Source: Acidobacteriota bacterium (GTDB lineage: Bacteria > Acidobacteriota > Thermoanaerobaculia > UBA5066). Taken from it: a stretch of DNA of 62,904 nucleotides. The notes under the pieces were generated by a model. That model was not told where the DNA came from. It worked only from the letters and a program-made list of their open reading frames with translations, and did no database searches. Below, one piece after another: positions 8,159 through 20,559 of the stretch (within the stretch, counting starts at the first letter, position 1; every line of letters starts with the position of its first letter). The position numbers and the translations under genes were made by a program. The stretch covers positions 1-62,904 of the forward strand of contig JARXKK010000004.1 in NCBI GenBank assembly GCA_030278895.1, in the 5' to 3' direction.

Positions 8159-10927
8159 CTAGAAGCTGAAGAGCGCCGTGAGGAGGAACCGGCGCGCCGA
8201 CGTGTAGGACGTCGGGGTGCCGAAGTTCGGGTTCGGCGCCGTCGTTCCCTGAGGGCCGAGGGTTCGGGCCGGCGTGCCGTCTACGTAGTCGTCGAAGTAC
8301 AGAATGCGGTCCACACTGGAAATTGTCTGCGTATTGAAGACGTTCTGGACGCGTCCCTCGAGGCGGAGCCCCATGTCGCCTCCGAGCTTGAACGTGTAGC
8401 CGAGGAGCAGATCGAGGTTCGACCACGTCGGGAGGCGGCGCGAGCCTGCCGGCTCGAGGTAGCGGAGGAAGGAGCCGTTCGCGTCCATACCCGTGGCCTG
8501 CCAGGCGGTGCCGCTCTGCAAGCGGTAGAAGCCGCCGAGGGAGAAGCCGTAGGGAAGGTCGTAGCTCGCGAAGACCTTGAGGATGTGAGGGCGGTCCTGC
8601 CCGAGCGTACCGTTGCGGTTTGGCTCCGCGCTGTTGATGCCGGGGTTGTCCTCGAGGAGCGACGACGTGTTGAAGAGGCCGAGGCCGTACTCCTCGTCGA
8701 AGTTCCCGCGCAGCTCGCTGTACGTGTAGTTCACGTTCGCGTACCAGCCGTGGGAGTAGCGCTTCGTGAGATCGAGCGTGACGCCGCGGTAGTTTCGCGT
8801 CGCCCCGTCGATGTTCGCGGCCGCGAAGGAACCGAAGTAGTCGTCCGGATTTCTCGGCACGTCCTCGAAGGCGTCCTTGAGGGCGCGCTGCTGGTAGTAG
8901 ACCTCGAAGGAGAAGTCGCTTCCGAGGGGGGCGGCGTAGCCGAGGACGAACTCCTGATAGGAAGGCGGCTTGAGATCAGCGGGAATGACCTTGCCGCCCG
9001 AAGAGCCGCGGATCTGCTGCCCGAGGTAGGCGCCCGTCACCTTGTCGAACCAGGCCTGGTCCTGACGGATACGGAACGGCGCGAACGAGCGCGCGGTCGA
9101 CTTCTGGTCGAGGCTCATGTAGCGCCCGAAGCTGCCGTAGAACTTGTCGCCCGCGAGAATCTCGGCGTTGTAGGCGAGGCCGATGCGCGGCTGAAGCTCG
9201 TCCTTCCAGTCGAAGGACATGAAGTTGTAGCGGGTCTCTTCGGTGACGACGCTCGTCGCGCCTCCGCATACGACACCGGGCTGGCACACCTGCGCGAAGT
9301 CGTCCTTGTTCACGAGGACGCCGATCGTGGCCGTCAACCTCTTCCAGGTGATCTGGTCCTGGATGAACGCGGAGTACGTCCGCGCCTTGCTGTTCTGCTC
9401 CGGCTGCGTGGCGTAGTACCGGGCTCGGATCTGGCCGGACCGCGACGTTCCGCAGACGGAGGCCGGGCACGTCGAGCTGGAGATGAAGGCCCCCCAGCCA
9501 TTCGTCGCGCGGACGAGGTCGTAGGTGTCGTTCTCGTAGCCGCCGCCGACCTTGAGCTGGTTCTGGGTCTCACCCAAGTCGAAGAACCTGCTCGCGGTGA
9601 GCTTGATCTCGTCGCGCTTGTACGAATCGCCGAAGTTCGCGAACTCGTAGAAGCCCGCGTTGCCGCCGCTCCGGTTCGTGTTGTCGTAGAACGCGCCGTA
9701 GTTTCCGAGGTTCGCGGGGTCGATCGTCCTCGGCTGGCCCGTGAGCGTGTTCTGCGCCTGGAGTGTGTCGTTCTCGGTGAGGTGGACGTATTTCGCCTCG
9801 ACGTAACTGTCCTTGTTGACGAACCAGTTTCCGACGACGCTCGTGACGTAGTTCGTCGTGTCCGAGTTCCACGCCGCCTTCGGCGTGTCGAAGAGGGAGT
9901 CGAAGCCATTCGTGACCTTGTTCGGGAGCGCCCGGAACCCGGCGTTCAGGAGGAACGACGAGCCGAGATAGCCGGTCAGCTTTCCGAAGTAGTCCTGGTT
10001 CCTCGTCTTCGTGTCGGGGAGGGAGCCGTACTGGCTGCCCTGGCCCGTCGACGTCGCCGAGAAGTAGCGGCCGGAAGCGTATCCGAACAGCATGTCCTTG
10101 ACGATGGGGAAGCCGATGTTCGCCGCGCCCGTGTAACGGTCGGTCGTCTGGGTCGACGCGCCGGTGGCCGGGGCCGCGATGAAGGATGCGGGCTGCGCCT
10201 CGAAGCGCACGCCGCCGTGGATGTCGTTCGTGCCCGATTTCGTGACGGCGTTGACCATCGCGCCCGACGTGCGGCCGAACTCGGCGGAGATGCCGCCCTT
10301 CTTGATGTTGACGTCGGCGATGTCGAGCTCGTTCGTGTCGACCTGCAGGTAGCCGTATCCGGGGTTCGTGATGTTGACCCCGTCGACCATGTACTTGTTG
10401 TCCTGCCGCGTGCCGCCCGCGACGGAGACGTAGCCATTGCCCGCGGTGGCGGCGGCTCCCGGGATCAGGTTCAGGATGCCTTCGTACGTGCGTGCGAGAG
10501 GCAGCGATTTGATCTCGTTGTCGGTGAAGTTCGCGTTGACCTCGGCGCTCTTCTTGTCGACTTCGGCGGCGGTGGCCGTGACCGTCACCTCGGCCTTCGC
10601 CGACGGGACGAGTTTGAGGTCGACCTGCGCGTCCACGTCGACCTGGACCTGAACGGTGCTCGCGGCCTTGCCGAGCCCCTGAAGGCTTGCCTCGACCGTG
10701 TACTTGCCGGGGATCAGGACGGGAAAGTTGTAGGCGCCCTTGGCGGACGTTATCGCGGTGCGGCCGGCCGGATTCTGCGGCCCGAAGACCCTCACCATGG
10801 CGCCCGGGACTCCGAGGCCGCCGGAGTCGGTGACGGAGCCCGAGATCGATCCAGTCTCAGCCGCCCACGCCGCACTGGCGGTGACGAGGAGCACAAGCGT
10901 GAGAAACGTTCTAGAGATAAACCTCAT
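8159..10927 (-). CDS. TonB-dependent receptor-like outer-membrane protein with N-terminal carboxypeptidase-regulatory-like domain
   Basis: Signal peptide MRFISRTFLTLVLLVTASAAWA follows a GGAGGAGG Shine-Dalgarno (ATG 10927). Then SISGSVTD...GKYTV (CarboxypepD_reg), a plug region (NIKKGGISAEFGRTSGAMVNAVTKSGTN) and a C-terminal ...ALFSF. Confidence 0.85.
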   Translation of the reverse strand: MRFISRTFLTLVLLVTASAAWAAETGSISGSVTDSGGLGVPGAMVRVFGPQNPAGRTAITSAKGAYNFPVLIPGKYTVEASLQGLGKAASTVQVQVDVDAQVDLKLVPSAKAEVTVTATAAEVDKKSAEVNANFTDNEIKSLPLARTYEGILNLIPGAAATAGNGYVSVAGGTRQDNKYMVDGVNITNPGYGYLQVDTNELDIADVNIKKGGISAEFGRTSGAMVNAVTKSGTNDIHGGVRFEAQPASFIAAPATGASTQTTDRYTGAANIGFPIVKDMLFGYASGRYFSATSTGQGSQYGSLPDTKTRNQDYFGKLTGYLGSSFLLNAGFRALPNKVTNGFDSLFDTPKAAWNSDTTNYVTSVVGNWFVNKDSYVEAKYVHLTENDTLQAQNTLTGQPRTIDPANLGNYGAFYDNTNRSGGNAGFYEFANFGDSYKRDEIKLTASRFFDLGETQNQLKVGGGYENDTYDLVRATNGWGAFISSSTCPASVCGTSRSGQIRARYYATQPEQNSKARTYSAFIQDQITWKRLTATIGVLVNKDDFAQVCQPGVVCGGATSVVTEETRYNFMSFDWKDELQPRIGLAYNAEILAGDKFYGSFGRYMSLDQKSTARSFAPFRIRQDQAWFDKVTGAYLGQQIRGSSGGKVIPADLKPPSYQEFVLGYAAPLGSDFSFEVYYQQRALKDAFEDVPRNPDDYFGSFAAANIDGATRNYRGVTLDLTKRYSHGWYANVNYTYSELRGNFDEEYGLGLFNTSSLLEDNPGINSAEPNRNGTLGQDRPHILKVFASYDLPYGFSLGGFYRLQSGTAWQATGMDANGSFLRYLEPAGSRRLPTWSNLDLLLGYTFKLGGDMGLRLEGRVQNVFNTQTISSVDRILYFDDYVDGTPARTLGPQGTTAPNPNFGTPTSYTSARRFLLTALFSF

Positions 10928-11077
10928 TCCGAATCCTCCTCCTGAAATGAATGATGCGTGCGTACTAGCTCGCTTTTTTACCACGAAATGGCAGTCCTGA
11001 TCGAGTGTCCAGCGGCCATCCAATCCGTTGGAGAAACGGATTGAACCGGGCATCGCGGATAATCAAGCGGAAATTCC

Positions 11078-12517
11078 GTGAACGACTCCACGCGAATCCT
11101 CAACGGGACGTACGAACTGCTGGGCAAGGTGCGCGCGGGCGGCATGGGGGCCGTCTGGAAGGCGCGCCACGTGAAGCTCGGGACGACGTGCGTCGTGAAG
11201 CTGCTTCACGATTCGCTCATCGACGATCCCTCCGCGCAGGAGCGCTTCAAGCGCGAGGCCCAGACCGCGTTGAAAGTGCATCACCCGAACGTCGTGCGCT
11301 TCTTCGACTACGCGATGGAGGCCGACGGCACGGCGGTGCTCGTCATGGAGTACATCCCGGGAGTCGACGTTTCGGAGCTCATGAAGTCCACGGGGCGGCC
11401 GCCGCTGCCCGTGGCGCTCGAGATCGCGCGGCAGACGCTCGCGGCGCTCGGCGCCCTCCACGCGATGGGGATCGTCCATCGCGACGTCTCGCCGGACAAC
11501 CTCATGCTCACGGTCGACAAGGACGGCGCGCTCCTCGTGAAGCTCGTCGACCTCGGCCTCGCGAAGGAGATGGACCAGAAGAGCCTGACCGAGACCGGCA
11601 TGTTCATGGGCAAGCTCAAGTACGGCTCGCCCGAGCAGCTCGGCCCCGGCCGGAAGGCGGGGATCGACCTCAGGAGCGACATATACGGGCTCTCGGTCGT
11701 GCTCTATCAGATCCTGACCGGGACGCCGCCCTTCGAGGCGGACACGCCCGGCGGCTGGGTCTATGCGCACCTGTCCGAATCGCCGCGGCCGTTCGCCGAG
11801 ACCGATCCGCAGGAGCGCATTCCCGGGGACGTCCGCGCCGCCGTGATGCGCGGCCTCGAAAAGGACCGTGCCCTGCGGTTTCAGACCGCGGCGGAATACG
11901 CGAAGGCGCTCGAGCCTGCGCGAAAACGGCTCGGAGCCGCCGGTCTCGCAGAGACGATCGGCACGATCCGCACGCTCCGCGAGGCCCGGCACGCGCGCTC
12001 GCTCGAGAGCGGCCGCTTCGGGTCCCGCGGCCCGGGCGATGCGTCTTCGCATTCGGTGCACGGGACGCCGGGGTCCGCCCGGCGCCGTTGGTGGCGTGTC
12101 GCTGCCGGTGCGGCGGTGGCGGTGGTCCTCGTCTCGGTGCTCCTCCGGTCGCGGCGCGAGGATCCGCGACCGACGCAACCCGCGCCGTCCGGCGTACCCG
12201 GCATGCCCGTCTTGTCCGCGACGGCGGCAGGGGCGCCGGTGCCCGGCGTGGCGAAGGGCGGAATTTCGTTCGTCGCGCTCCCGAACGCCGACATTCGCGT
12301 CTTTGCCGCCGGGACGTCGGGAGAGGTTCCTCTCCCCGGGCGCACGACACCGCTCTACGTCGCGGTGGCGCCGGGTATCTACCGCGTCGAGCTGACGTTC
12401 CCGGGCTCGCGGGCGGCCTCCCGAGACGTGACCGTGGAGGCGGGGCGCTCGATCGCGGTGCACGTCGAGGATCCGAAGTTCGACGTGGAGAAGCTCGTGG
12501 CTGCCTATGTGCCGTAA
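11078..12517 (+). CDS. Ser/Thr protein kinase with a transmembrane segment and a C-terminal PEGA-like domain
   Basis: Hanks motifs are present: GAGGMGAVWKA, VVKLL, HRDVSPDNLM, DLGLAK, SPEQ. A TM helix (WWRVAAGAAVAVVLVSVLL) is followed by a PEGA-like beta domain (IRVFAAG...GIYRVELTFPG). Confidence 0.85.
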   Translation: MNDSTRILNGTYELLGKVRAGGMGAVWKARHVKLGTTCVVKLLHDSLIDDPSAQERFKREAQTALKVHHPNVVRFFDYAMEADGTAVLVMEYIPGVDVSELMKSTGRPPLPVALEIARQTLAALGALHAMGIVHRDVSPDNLMLTVDKDGALLVKLVDLGLAKEMDQKSLTETGMFMGKLKYGSPEQLGPGRKAGIDLRSDIYGLSVVLYQILTGTPPFEADTPGGWVYAHLSESPRPFAETDPQERIPGDVRAAVMRGLEKDRALRFQTAAEYAKALEPARKRLGAAGLAETIGTIRTLREARHARSLESGRFGSRGPGDASSHSVHGTPGSARRRWWRVAAGAAVAVVLVSVLLRSRREDPRPTQPAPSGVPGMPVLSATAAGAPVPGVAKGGISFVALPNADIRVFAAGTSGEVPLPGRTTPLYVAVAPGIYRVELTFPGSRAASRDVTVEAGRSIAVHVEDPKFDVEKLVAAYVP

Positions 12518-13382
12518 GCGGGCGCTCCTCTTTGTTTTTCTTCTGGCCTCCAGCCTCCTTGCCGCGCGGCTTCTCGCGCAGGATGCGGCGGATTCCTATC
12601 AGGCGGGGCTCGACGCCTTTCAACGGAAGGATTTCGGCGCGGCGGCGGACGCGTTCCGGCAGGCGGTCCGGCGGAAGCCGGGCGAGCAGCGGCGCCTTCA
12701 CATCAGCGGCACGTTCTTTCACGAGTACTACCTTCCGCACTTTTTCCTGGGGCTCTCGCTGAAGGAAATCGGAGACGCGCCGGGTGCGCGCGCGGAGCTG
12801 CTTCTTTCGAAGGGGCAGGGCCTCGTCTCGCAGCATCCGGCTTACGGCCCGCGCCTCAACGCCGCTCTTCTCGAGCTGGAGACGAAGGCGACCTCGTCGG
12901 CTCCGTTGCCCTCGAAGCCCGTCGCGATTCCGACGGCGACGGCGGCGGCGGCGACGGCGGCCACGCAGCGCCCGGACCCATCCACTCCACCCGGGCCCGC
13001 CGCCGGCGTGCCGCCCGTTCCCGCCGCGGCCGGGGCGCAAGCAGGGTTGCTTCTCGAAAAGGCTCCCGCGTCCGAGGCGCGCACCGTGCTTCGGAATGGC
13101 GTCCGATTGTTTTTTCGCGGCGATTACGACGGCGCGCTCAAGACGCTCTCGGGTCTTTCCGACGCGGGCAACGAGACGGCGCGTCTCTTCGCCGCCTACG
13201 CGATGGCGGGATCCGTTCTCGCGGGCGGGCGGGAGGCGGGCCCGGAGCTGCCGCGCGCCCGCGCGCTCTACGAAAGCCTTCCCGCTCGCGCGCGGCCGAA
13301 GAGCCCGTCGGGCGTATCCGCCCGAATTCTCGAAGCGCTCTCCGCTCCAGCCGCCGGCTCCGAGGCCGGACGCACCCCATGA
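12507..13382 (+). CDS. secreted TPR-like hypothetical protein
   Basis: Signal peptide (RALLFVFLLASSLLAARLLAQ) and helical-repeat-like text. Overlaps the kinase by 11 nt and the next gene by 4 nt. Confidence 0.5.
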   Translation: MCRKRALLFVFLLASSLLAARLLAQDAADSYQAGLDAFQRKDFGAAADAFRQAVRRKPGEQRRLHISGTFFHEYYLPHFFLGLSLKEIGDAPGARAELLLSKGQGLVSQHPAYGPRLNAALLELETKATSSAPLPSKPVAIPTATAAAATAATQRPDPSTPPGPAAGVPPVPAAAGAQAGLLLEKAPASEARTVLRNGVRLFFRGDYDGALKTLSGLSDAGNETARLFAAYAMAGSVLAGGREAGPELPRARALYESLPARARPKSPSGVSARILEALSAPAAGSEAGRTP

Positions 13383-14980
13383 ACGGGCGAATGAAGCGCG
13401 TGTTTCTCGGCGTCGCCCTTTTCGTGTTGGCGCAGCCGGCGTCCGCCCAGCGGAGGGTTCCGGGCGCTCCCGTCGACGAGGGCTACCTCCTCAATCTCCA
13501 GACGTTCAACTCCGCGCTCGGTATCGGCGCGCGTGCCATGGGAATGGGCGGCGCATTCGTGGCGGTCGCCGACGACGCGACGGCCGCGTCCTGGAATCCC
13601 GCCGGGCTCGCCTTTCTCATTCGTCCCGAGGTGAGTCTCGTGGCCGACCGGACGACGTCGTCGCTTGCGACGAGCGACTACGTCGACACAACCCCGAGTC
13701 CGGACTTTCCAGGTCAGACGCGCCGCGTACCGGGAACGGACGATGGAACGGGAAGCGGGCTGTCGTTCCTCTCGGTCGCCTACCCCTTGAAGACGCTCGG
13801 CCGGCGCGTGACTCTTCAGCTCTCGTACCAGCGCCAGGTGCGGGCTCTTTCTGCCGACCTCTACAGCCGCGGCGAGACGGGAGCCATCCCCGCCCCGGAC
13901 GCGCCCTTCGTTCCGGATTACGCGACGGAACGCGCGACGCGCGTCTCATCGAGCGGCGGCGTGGACAACCTTTCGTTCGGATTCGGCGCCGCCCTGTCCG
14001 AGACGGTCTTCGTCGGCGCGACGGTCAATTACTGGTTCGGCTCGCCGGCGGCGGAGCGGCATGTGGCCACCCGCATCGCTTCCATCGCGGGCCGCGGCGA
14101 CCCTAAGGTTTACACCGACATCGTGGAGACGACGTCCGAGACGCAGAGGATCTCTTCGCTTTCCGCGAACCTGGGAATCCTCTACCGGCCCGTCTCGTGG
14201 CTCACGCTCGGGGCCGTCTACCGGAGCGGTTGGGTGGGCGTCGCGAAGACGTCCTACGCGACGGTGCGGTCGGGAAGCGACAACGTTCTCTATGCACCGC
14301 CCGGGGGCGAGGCCGAGTACCGGACCCAGCGCGTGGACTGGGCGGGGCAGACCGAGGCCTCGGGTTCGCTCGCGTGGCCGGCGTCGTACGGCTTCGGAGC
14401 AGCCTTCCGTCCGGTGTCGACGCTCGTCCTCTCGTTCGACTTCACACGGCAGGAATGGAGTCGCGGCTCGATCGACCTGCCGCGCGTCCATCTTGCGTGC
14501 GTGAACGACGGCGTCACGCAGACCTGCCGGCCGAACGGAACACCGGGCTTCACCGATCCGGCCGCCGGGGCCGGCGAGTACGTGACCCACGTGCAATACC
14601 CGACCCAGCTCGACGCCACGAATCTCGCGCAGCGGGACCAGAGCTCCTTCAGGGCCGGCGCCGAATGGGTCCTGTTCCTCGGGAGCGTGACGGTTCCCCT
14701 GCGCGCGGGCGTCTATCGCGTGGATTCGATTTCCCCTTACTTCGAGGCCTCGACGACACAGCGGGCGACTCAGTTCGTCGTGCCGGACGCCGGCCGCGTG
14801 TCGCTGACGGGCTATACGCTGGGGTTCTCGGTGGGATTCGGGGGACTCGTCTTCGACGCCGCCTTCGTGCGCGACCGCTCGACGGACGACCGCGAGCAGA
14901 TCGACGACACGCCGCCGGACACCGGGCACCGCGTGCTCACGAACACACGCTTCCTCGCCGGGCTCACGTACCGGTTCTGA
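13379..14980 (+). CDS. outer-membrane beta-barrel protein (PorV/FadL-like)
   Basis: Signal peptide, then GARAMGMGGAFVAVADDATAASWNPAGLAF as in the PorV/UPF0164-type N-terminus. Alternating beta-strand pattern and C-terminal ...GLTYRF. Confidence 0.6.
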   Translation: MNGRMKRVFLGVALFVLAQPASAQRRVPGAPVDEGYLLNLQTFNSALGIGARAMGMGGAFVAVADDATAASWNPAGLAFLIRPEVSLVADRTTSSLATSDYVDTTPSPDFPGQTRRVPGTDDGTGSGLSFLSVAYPLKTLGRRVTLQLSYQRQVRALSADLYSRGETGAIPAPDAPFVPDYATERATRVSSSGGVDNLSFGFGAALSETVFVGATVNYWFGSPAAERHVATRIASIAGRGDPKVYTDIVETTSETQRISSLSANLGILYRPVSWLTLGAVYRSGWVGVAKTSYATVRSGSDNVLYAPPGGEAEYRTQRVDWAGQTEASGSLAWPASYGFGAAFRPVSTLVLSFDFTRQEWSRGSIDLPRVHLACVNDGVTQTCRPNGTPGFTDPAAGAGEYVTHVQYPTQLDATNLAQRDQSSFRAGAEWVLFLGSVTVPLRAGVYRVDSISPYFEASTTQRATQFVVPDAGRVSLTGYTLGFSVGFGGLVFDAAFVRDRSTDDREQIDDTPPDTGHRVLTNTRFLAGLTYRF

Positions 14981-14987
14981 CGCGCCG

Positions 14988-16346
14988 CTAGGCTGCCCTT
15001 CGCCCCACCGTCAGGTAGTACACGGGGATTCCCGCCGCGACGACGCCGAGGACGGCGAGGGTGCTCCAGCGGCTCTCGGGCTCGGCGATCGAGTTGCCGA
15101 GCAGGTAGAGGACCGAGGCGATGAAGACGAGCGGGAGAAATGGGTAGAGCGGCACGCGGAAGGAGGGCGCATAGCCGGGCTTCTTGCGCAGCCGGAAGAT
15201 CGACCCGACCGCGAGCGCGTAAAACGGCAGGAACGCCGTCACGAATACGTCCGCGAGCTGCTCGAAGCTGCGCGAGAGGACGAAGACGATTCCGAGGCCG
15301 GCCGTCATCAGGATGGAGACCCACGGCGTCCCGAATTTCGGGTGCACGGACGCGAGGGAGCGGAAGAAGAGCCGGTCGGCCGCCATCGCGAAGAAGACGC
15401 GCGGGCTCGTGAAGAGGACCGTGTTCAGCGTCCCGAACGTCGAGATCATGACCGTCACCGATACGAACACGGCGCCCGCCGTCCCGAGGACGACCTCGGC
15501 GGCGTCGGCCGCGACGAGCTTGGAGACGCGGATCTTCTCGATCGGAAGGACCGCGAGGTACGCGACGTTCGCGGCGAGATAGATCGCGACGACGAGGAGC
15601 GTCCCGCCGATCAGTGCGCGCGGGAGGTTCTTCCCGGGGTCCTTCACCTCGCCCGCGTTGTACGCGAGGTCGGCCCAGCCGTCGAAGGCCCAGAGAGTCG
15701 AGACGAGGGCGAGGCCGAAGGCGGCCATGGTGAAGCTCCCAGCGGGCGCGGCGGGCGTGAAGTAGCCGCCCGTCTTCGGGAGCCCGATGAAGAGAGCGAT
15801 GATGACGATGAAAACGAGCCCACCGTACTTCGCGAGGACGGTCACGTTGCTGACGTTCGCGGCGAGGCGGACGCCCACGACGTTGAAGCCCGCGGTCAGC
15901 GCGATCGCGAACGCCGCGAACCAGCGCACCGCCATGATCCTGTCGGGCGCCTGCGGGTTCTGGCCCGTCACACGGAAGAAGTACTCCGAGAATACGATCG
16001 CGATCGCGCCGAGGGACGCCGCGCGGATCATCGTGAATTGTCCCCAGCCGAAAAGGAATCCGGCGAGGCGGCCCCAGCCGTCGCGGCAGAAGACGTACAT
16101 GCCGCCGGTCTGGGGGAGCGCGCTTGCGATCTCGGCGAGCGTGAGCGCGCCGCAGAGCGCGAAGACGCCGCCCGCGGCCCATACGGCGAGCATGGGGAGC
16201 GGCCCGGGGAGCTTGTCCGCGATGCCGGCGGGGGAGCGGAAAATCCCGGATCCGATCGTCGAGCCGATGACGACGGCGACGGCGCTCCAGAAACCGATGC
16301 GGCGTGCGAGCGCCGGGGCGTCGCGACCGGAGGCGTCGTCTGGCAT
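14988..16346 (-). CDS. APC-family amino acid permease
   Basis: GFWSAVAVVIGSTIGSGIFRSPAGIA...LAEIASALPQTGGMYVF, with about 12 predicted TM segments. Confidence 0.85.
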   Translation of the reverse strand: MPDDASGRDAPALARRIGFWSAVAVVIGSTIGSGIFRSPAGIADKLPGPLPMLAVWAAGGVFALCGALTLAEIASALPQTGGMYVFCRDGWGRLAGFLFGWGQFTMIRAASLGAIAIVFSEYFFRVTGQNPQAPDRIMAVRWFAAFAIALTAGFNVVGVRLAANVSNVTVLAKYGGLVFIVIIALFIGLPKTGGYFTPAAPAGSFTMAAFGLALVSTLWAFDGWADLAYNAGEVKDPGKNLPRALIGGTLLVVAIYLAANVAYLAVLPIEKIRVSKLVAADAAEVVLGTAGAVFVSVTVMISTFGTLNTVLFTSPRVFFAMAADRLFFRSLASVHPKFGTPWVSILMTAGLGIVFVLSRSFEQLADVFVTAFLPFYALAVGSIFRLRKKPGYAPSFRVPLYPFLPLVFIASVLYLLGNSIAEPESRWSTLAVLGVVAAGIPVYYLTVGRRAA

Positions 16347-16369
16347 CCGCGAATGTTACCCGGAACGCG

Positions 16370-19344
<2,975 letters not shown>

Positions 19345-19347
19345 GGA

Positions 19348-19593
19348 GTGATGGAGAATGAGCGCATGAAGGATCCGGTCCAGCGCTACGCGAAAGGCCC
19401 TCTCTCCGTGACGTTCGACCCGCGCGTGTGCACCCACTCCGCCGTGTGCGTGCGCGGTCTTTACGACGTCTTCGACGTGTCGAAGAAGCCGTGGGTGAAT
19501 CTCGACGGCGCATCCGCCGAGCGGGTCGTCGAGCAGGTGAAGCGCTGCCCTTCGGGCGCGCTGCAGTTCACGGTCGAGGCTTCGAAGGGCTGA
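19348..19593 (+). CDS. YjdI-like small (4Fe-4S)-binding protein (divergent mono-cluster ferredoxin fold)
   Basis: VTFDPRVCTHSAVCVRGLYDVFDVSKKPWVNLDGASAERVVEQVKRCPSGALQF matches the YjdI/Fer4_19 pattern C-x4-C...CPSGAL. Confidence 0.65.
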   Translation: MMENERMKDPVQRYAKGPLSVTFDPRVCTHSAVCVRGLYDVFDVSKKPWVNLDGASAERVVEQVKRCPSGALQFTVEASKG

Positions 19594-20314
19594 CGCCAAG
19601 CCCGCGCCGGAGCGCGGCGAGCGCCCCGAGAAGAAGCATCACCTCGCGGGCGGTGGGCTTTCCACGGCGCAGGAACGACTCGATCTCGAAGATGACCTCT
19701 TTCGAGCGGCCCCGGCCCGGGTAACCGGCGGAGGAGAGAACTTCTTTGAAAGAGAGGAGAAGACGCCGGACTTCCTTCGAGCCGGCCATCTGCTCTTCGG
19801 GTTTTGGCGTTCCGCGGCTTCGCCGCGGTGCTTTGAAGGGTGAAAGAGGGGACAGAAAGGCCAGCGCGATCGCGACGGACTGCGCGAGATTGAGCGTCGG
19901 AAAGGCGTCGGCGGTCGCGATGCGGAGGCGGGCGTCGCACGCCCGGAGCTCTTCCGTCGTCAGTCCGCCGCGTTCCGGCCCGAACACGAGGGTGACGCGC
20001 CTTCCGGCGCGAAGAGCACCGGAGATTTCTTTGAAGGTGGTAGACGGCGGCAGTCCTCGCGAGACGCGGCCCCGCATCGCGCTCATGGCCACCAGCGTGT
20101 CGGTTCCGTCGAGAAGGTCGCTCCACGCCGGGAGGACACGCACCTTTCTAAGCAAATCCTCGGCTCCCGATGCGAAGGAGATTGCATCGGGGTGTGCCGG
20201 CTCGGTGCGCGGTCCGAGCAAAGAAATCTCCGCCCCGAAATTCTTCGCGGCGCGCGCCGCCGCCCCGATGTTGCCCGGGTTGTGCGTCCGGACGAGAACG
20301 ATGCGCAGGGCCAT
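19568..20314 (-). CDS. trmJ: tRNA (cytidine/uridine-2'-O)-methyltransferase, SpoU/TrmH class
   Basis: MALRIVLVRTHNPGNIGAAARAAKNFG...LVFGPERGGLTTEEL...LNLAQSVAIALA, collinear with TrmJ. True ATG at 20314-20312. Confidence 0.8.
   Translation of the reverse strand: MALRIVLVRTHNPGNIGAAARAAKNFGAEISLLGPRTEPAHPDAISFASGAEDLLRKVRVLPAWSDLLDGTDTLVAMSAMRGRVSRGLPPSTTFKEISGALRAGRRVTLVFGPERGGLTTEELRACDARLRIATADAFPTLNLAQSVAIALAFLSPLSPFKAPRRSRGTPKPEEQMAGSKEVRRLLLSFKEVLSSAGYPGRGRSKEVIFEIESFLRRGKPTAREVMLLLGALAALRRGLGVSPSKPRP
20141..20161 (-). repeat. AT-box copy N
   Basis: The plus strand reads CACCTTTCTAAGCAAATCCTC. trmJ reads it as E-D-L-L-R-K-V (GAT TTG CTT AGA AAG GTG). Confidence 0.7.
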
Positions 20315-20345
20315 GGCGAGGCGATCCTGGTCCAGAATGGCGCGT

Positions 20346-20549
20346 ATGGCAAAGCTGCGGTCGGAAGAAGAGCAGAAGGCGGTCGAGACGATCCTGTGGG
20401 CGCTCGGGCACCGCCTCACGCGCCTGAAGGACGAGTACACGATGAGGGTTCAGCGCGGCGAAGAGCCCGAAGGCGTGACGAAGGGCTTCGAGCTGGCCCT
20501 CCGTGAGATCAACGACATGCTCCCCCGGCGCAAGCGCTTCAAGGGTTAG
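20346..20549 (+). CDS. small helical hypothetical protein (67 aa)
   Basis: MAKLRSEEEQKAVETILWALGHRLTRLKDEYTMRVQRGEEPEGVTKGFELALREINDMLPRRKRFKG. It ends 10 nt before the next gene. The start could also be ATG 20313 or 20337. Confidence 0.35.
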   Translation: MAKLRSEEEQKAVETILWALGHRLTRLKDEYTMRVQRGEEPEGVTKGFELALREINDMLPRRKRFKG

Positions 20550-20559
20550 AGTGGGTTTT

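Noticed and set aside
8120-10945. Very long antisense or alternative-frame ORFs in the track, such as 8120-10945(+), 17149-19068(-), 21714-24029(-), 45395-47875(-), 36192-38261(-) and 22484-24973(+).
   Set aside because: They are Arg/Pro/Gly/Ala-rich low-complexity translations lying opposite genes with clear family motifs. This is the usual stop-codon-poor shadow-ORF artefact of high-GC DNA.
11021-11043. Inverted repeat CAATCCGT-TGGAGAA-ACGGATTG in the divergent region between the TonB-type receptor and the PEGA kinase, as a possible operator.
   Set aside because: It is a single 8-bp stem with no second copy or known consensus, which is too weak to call.
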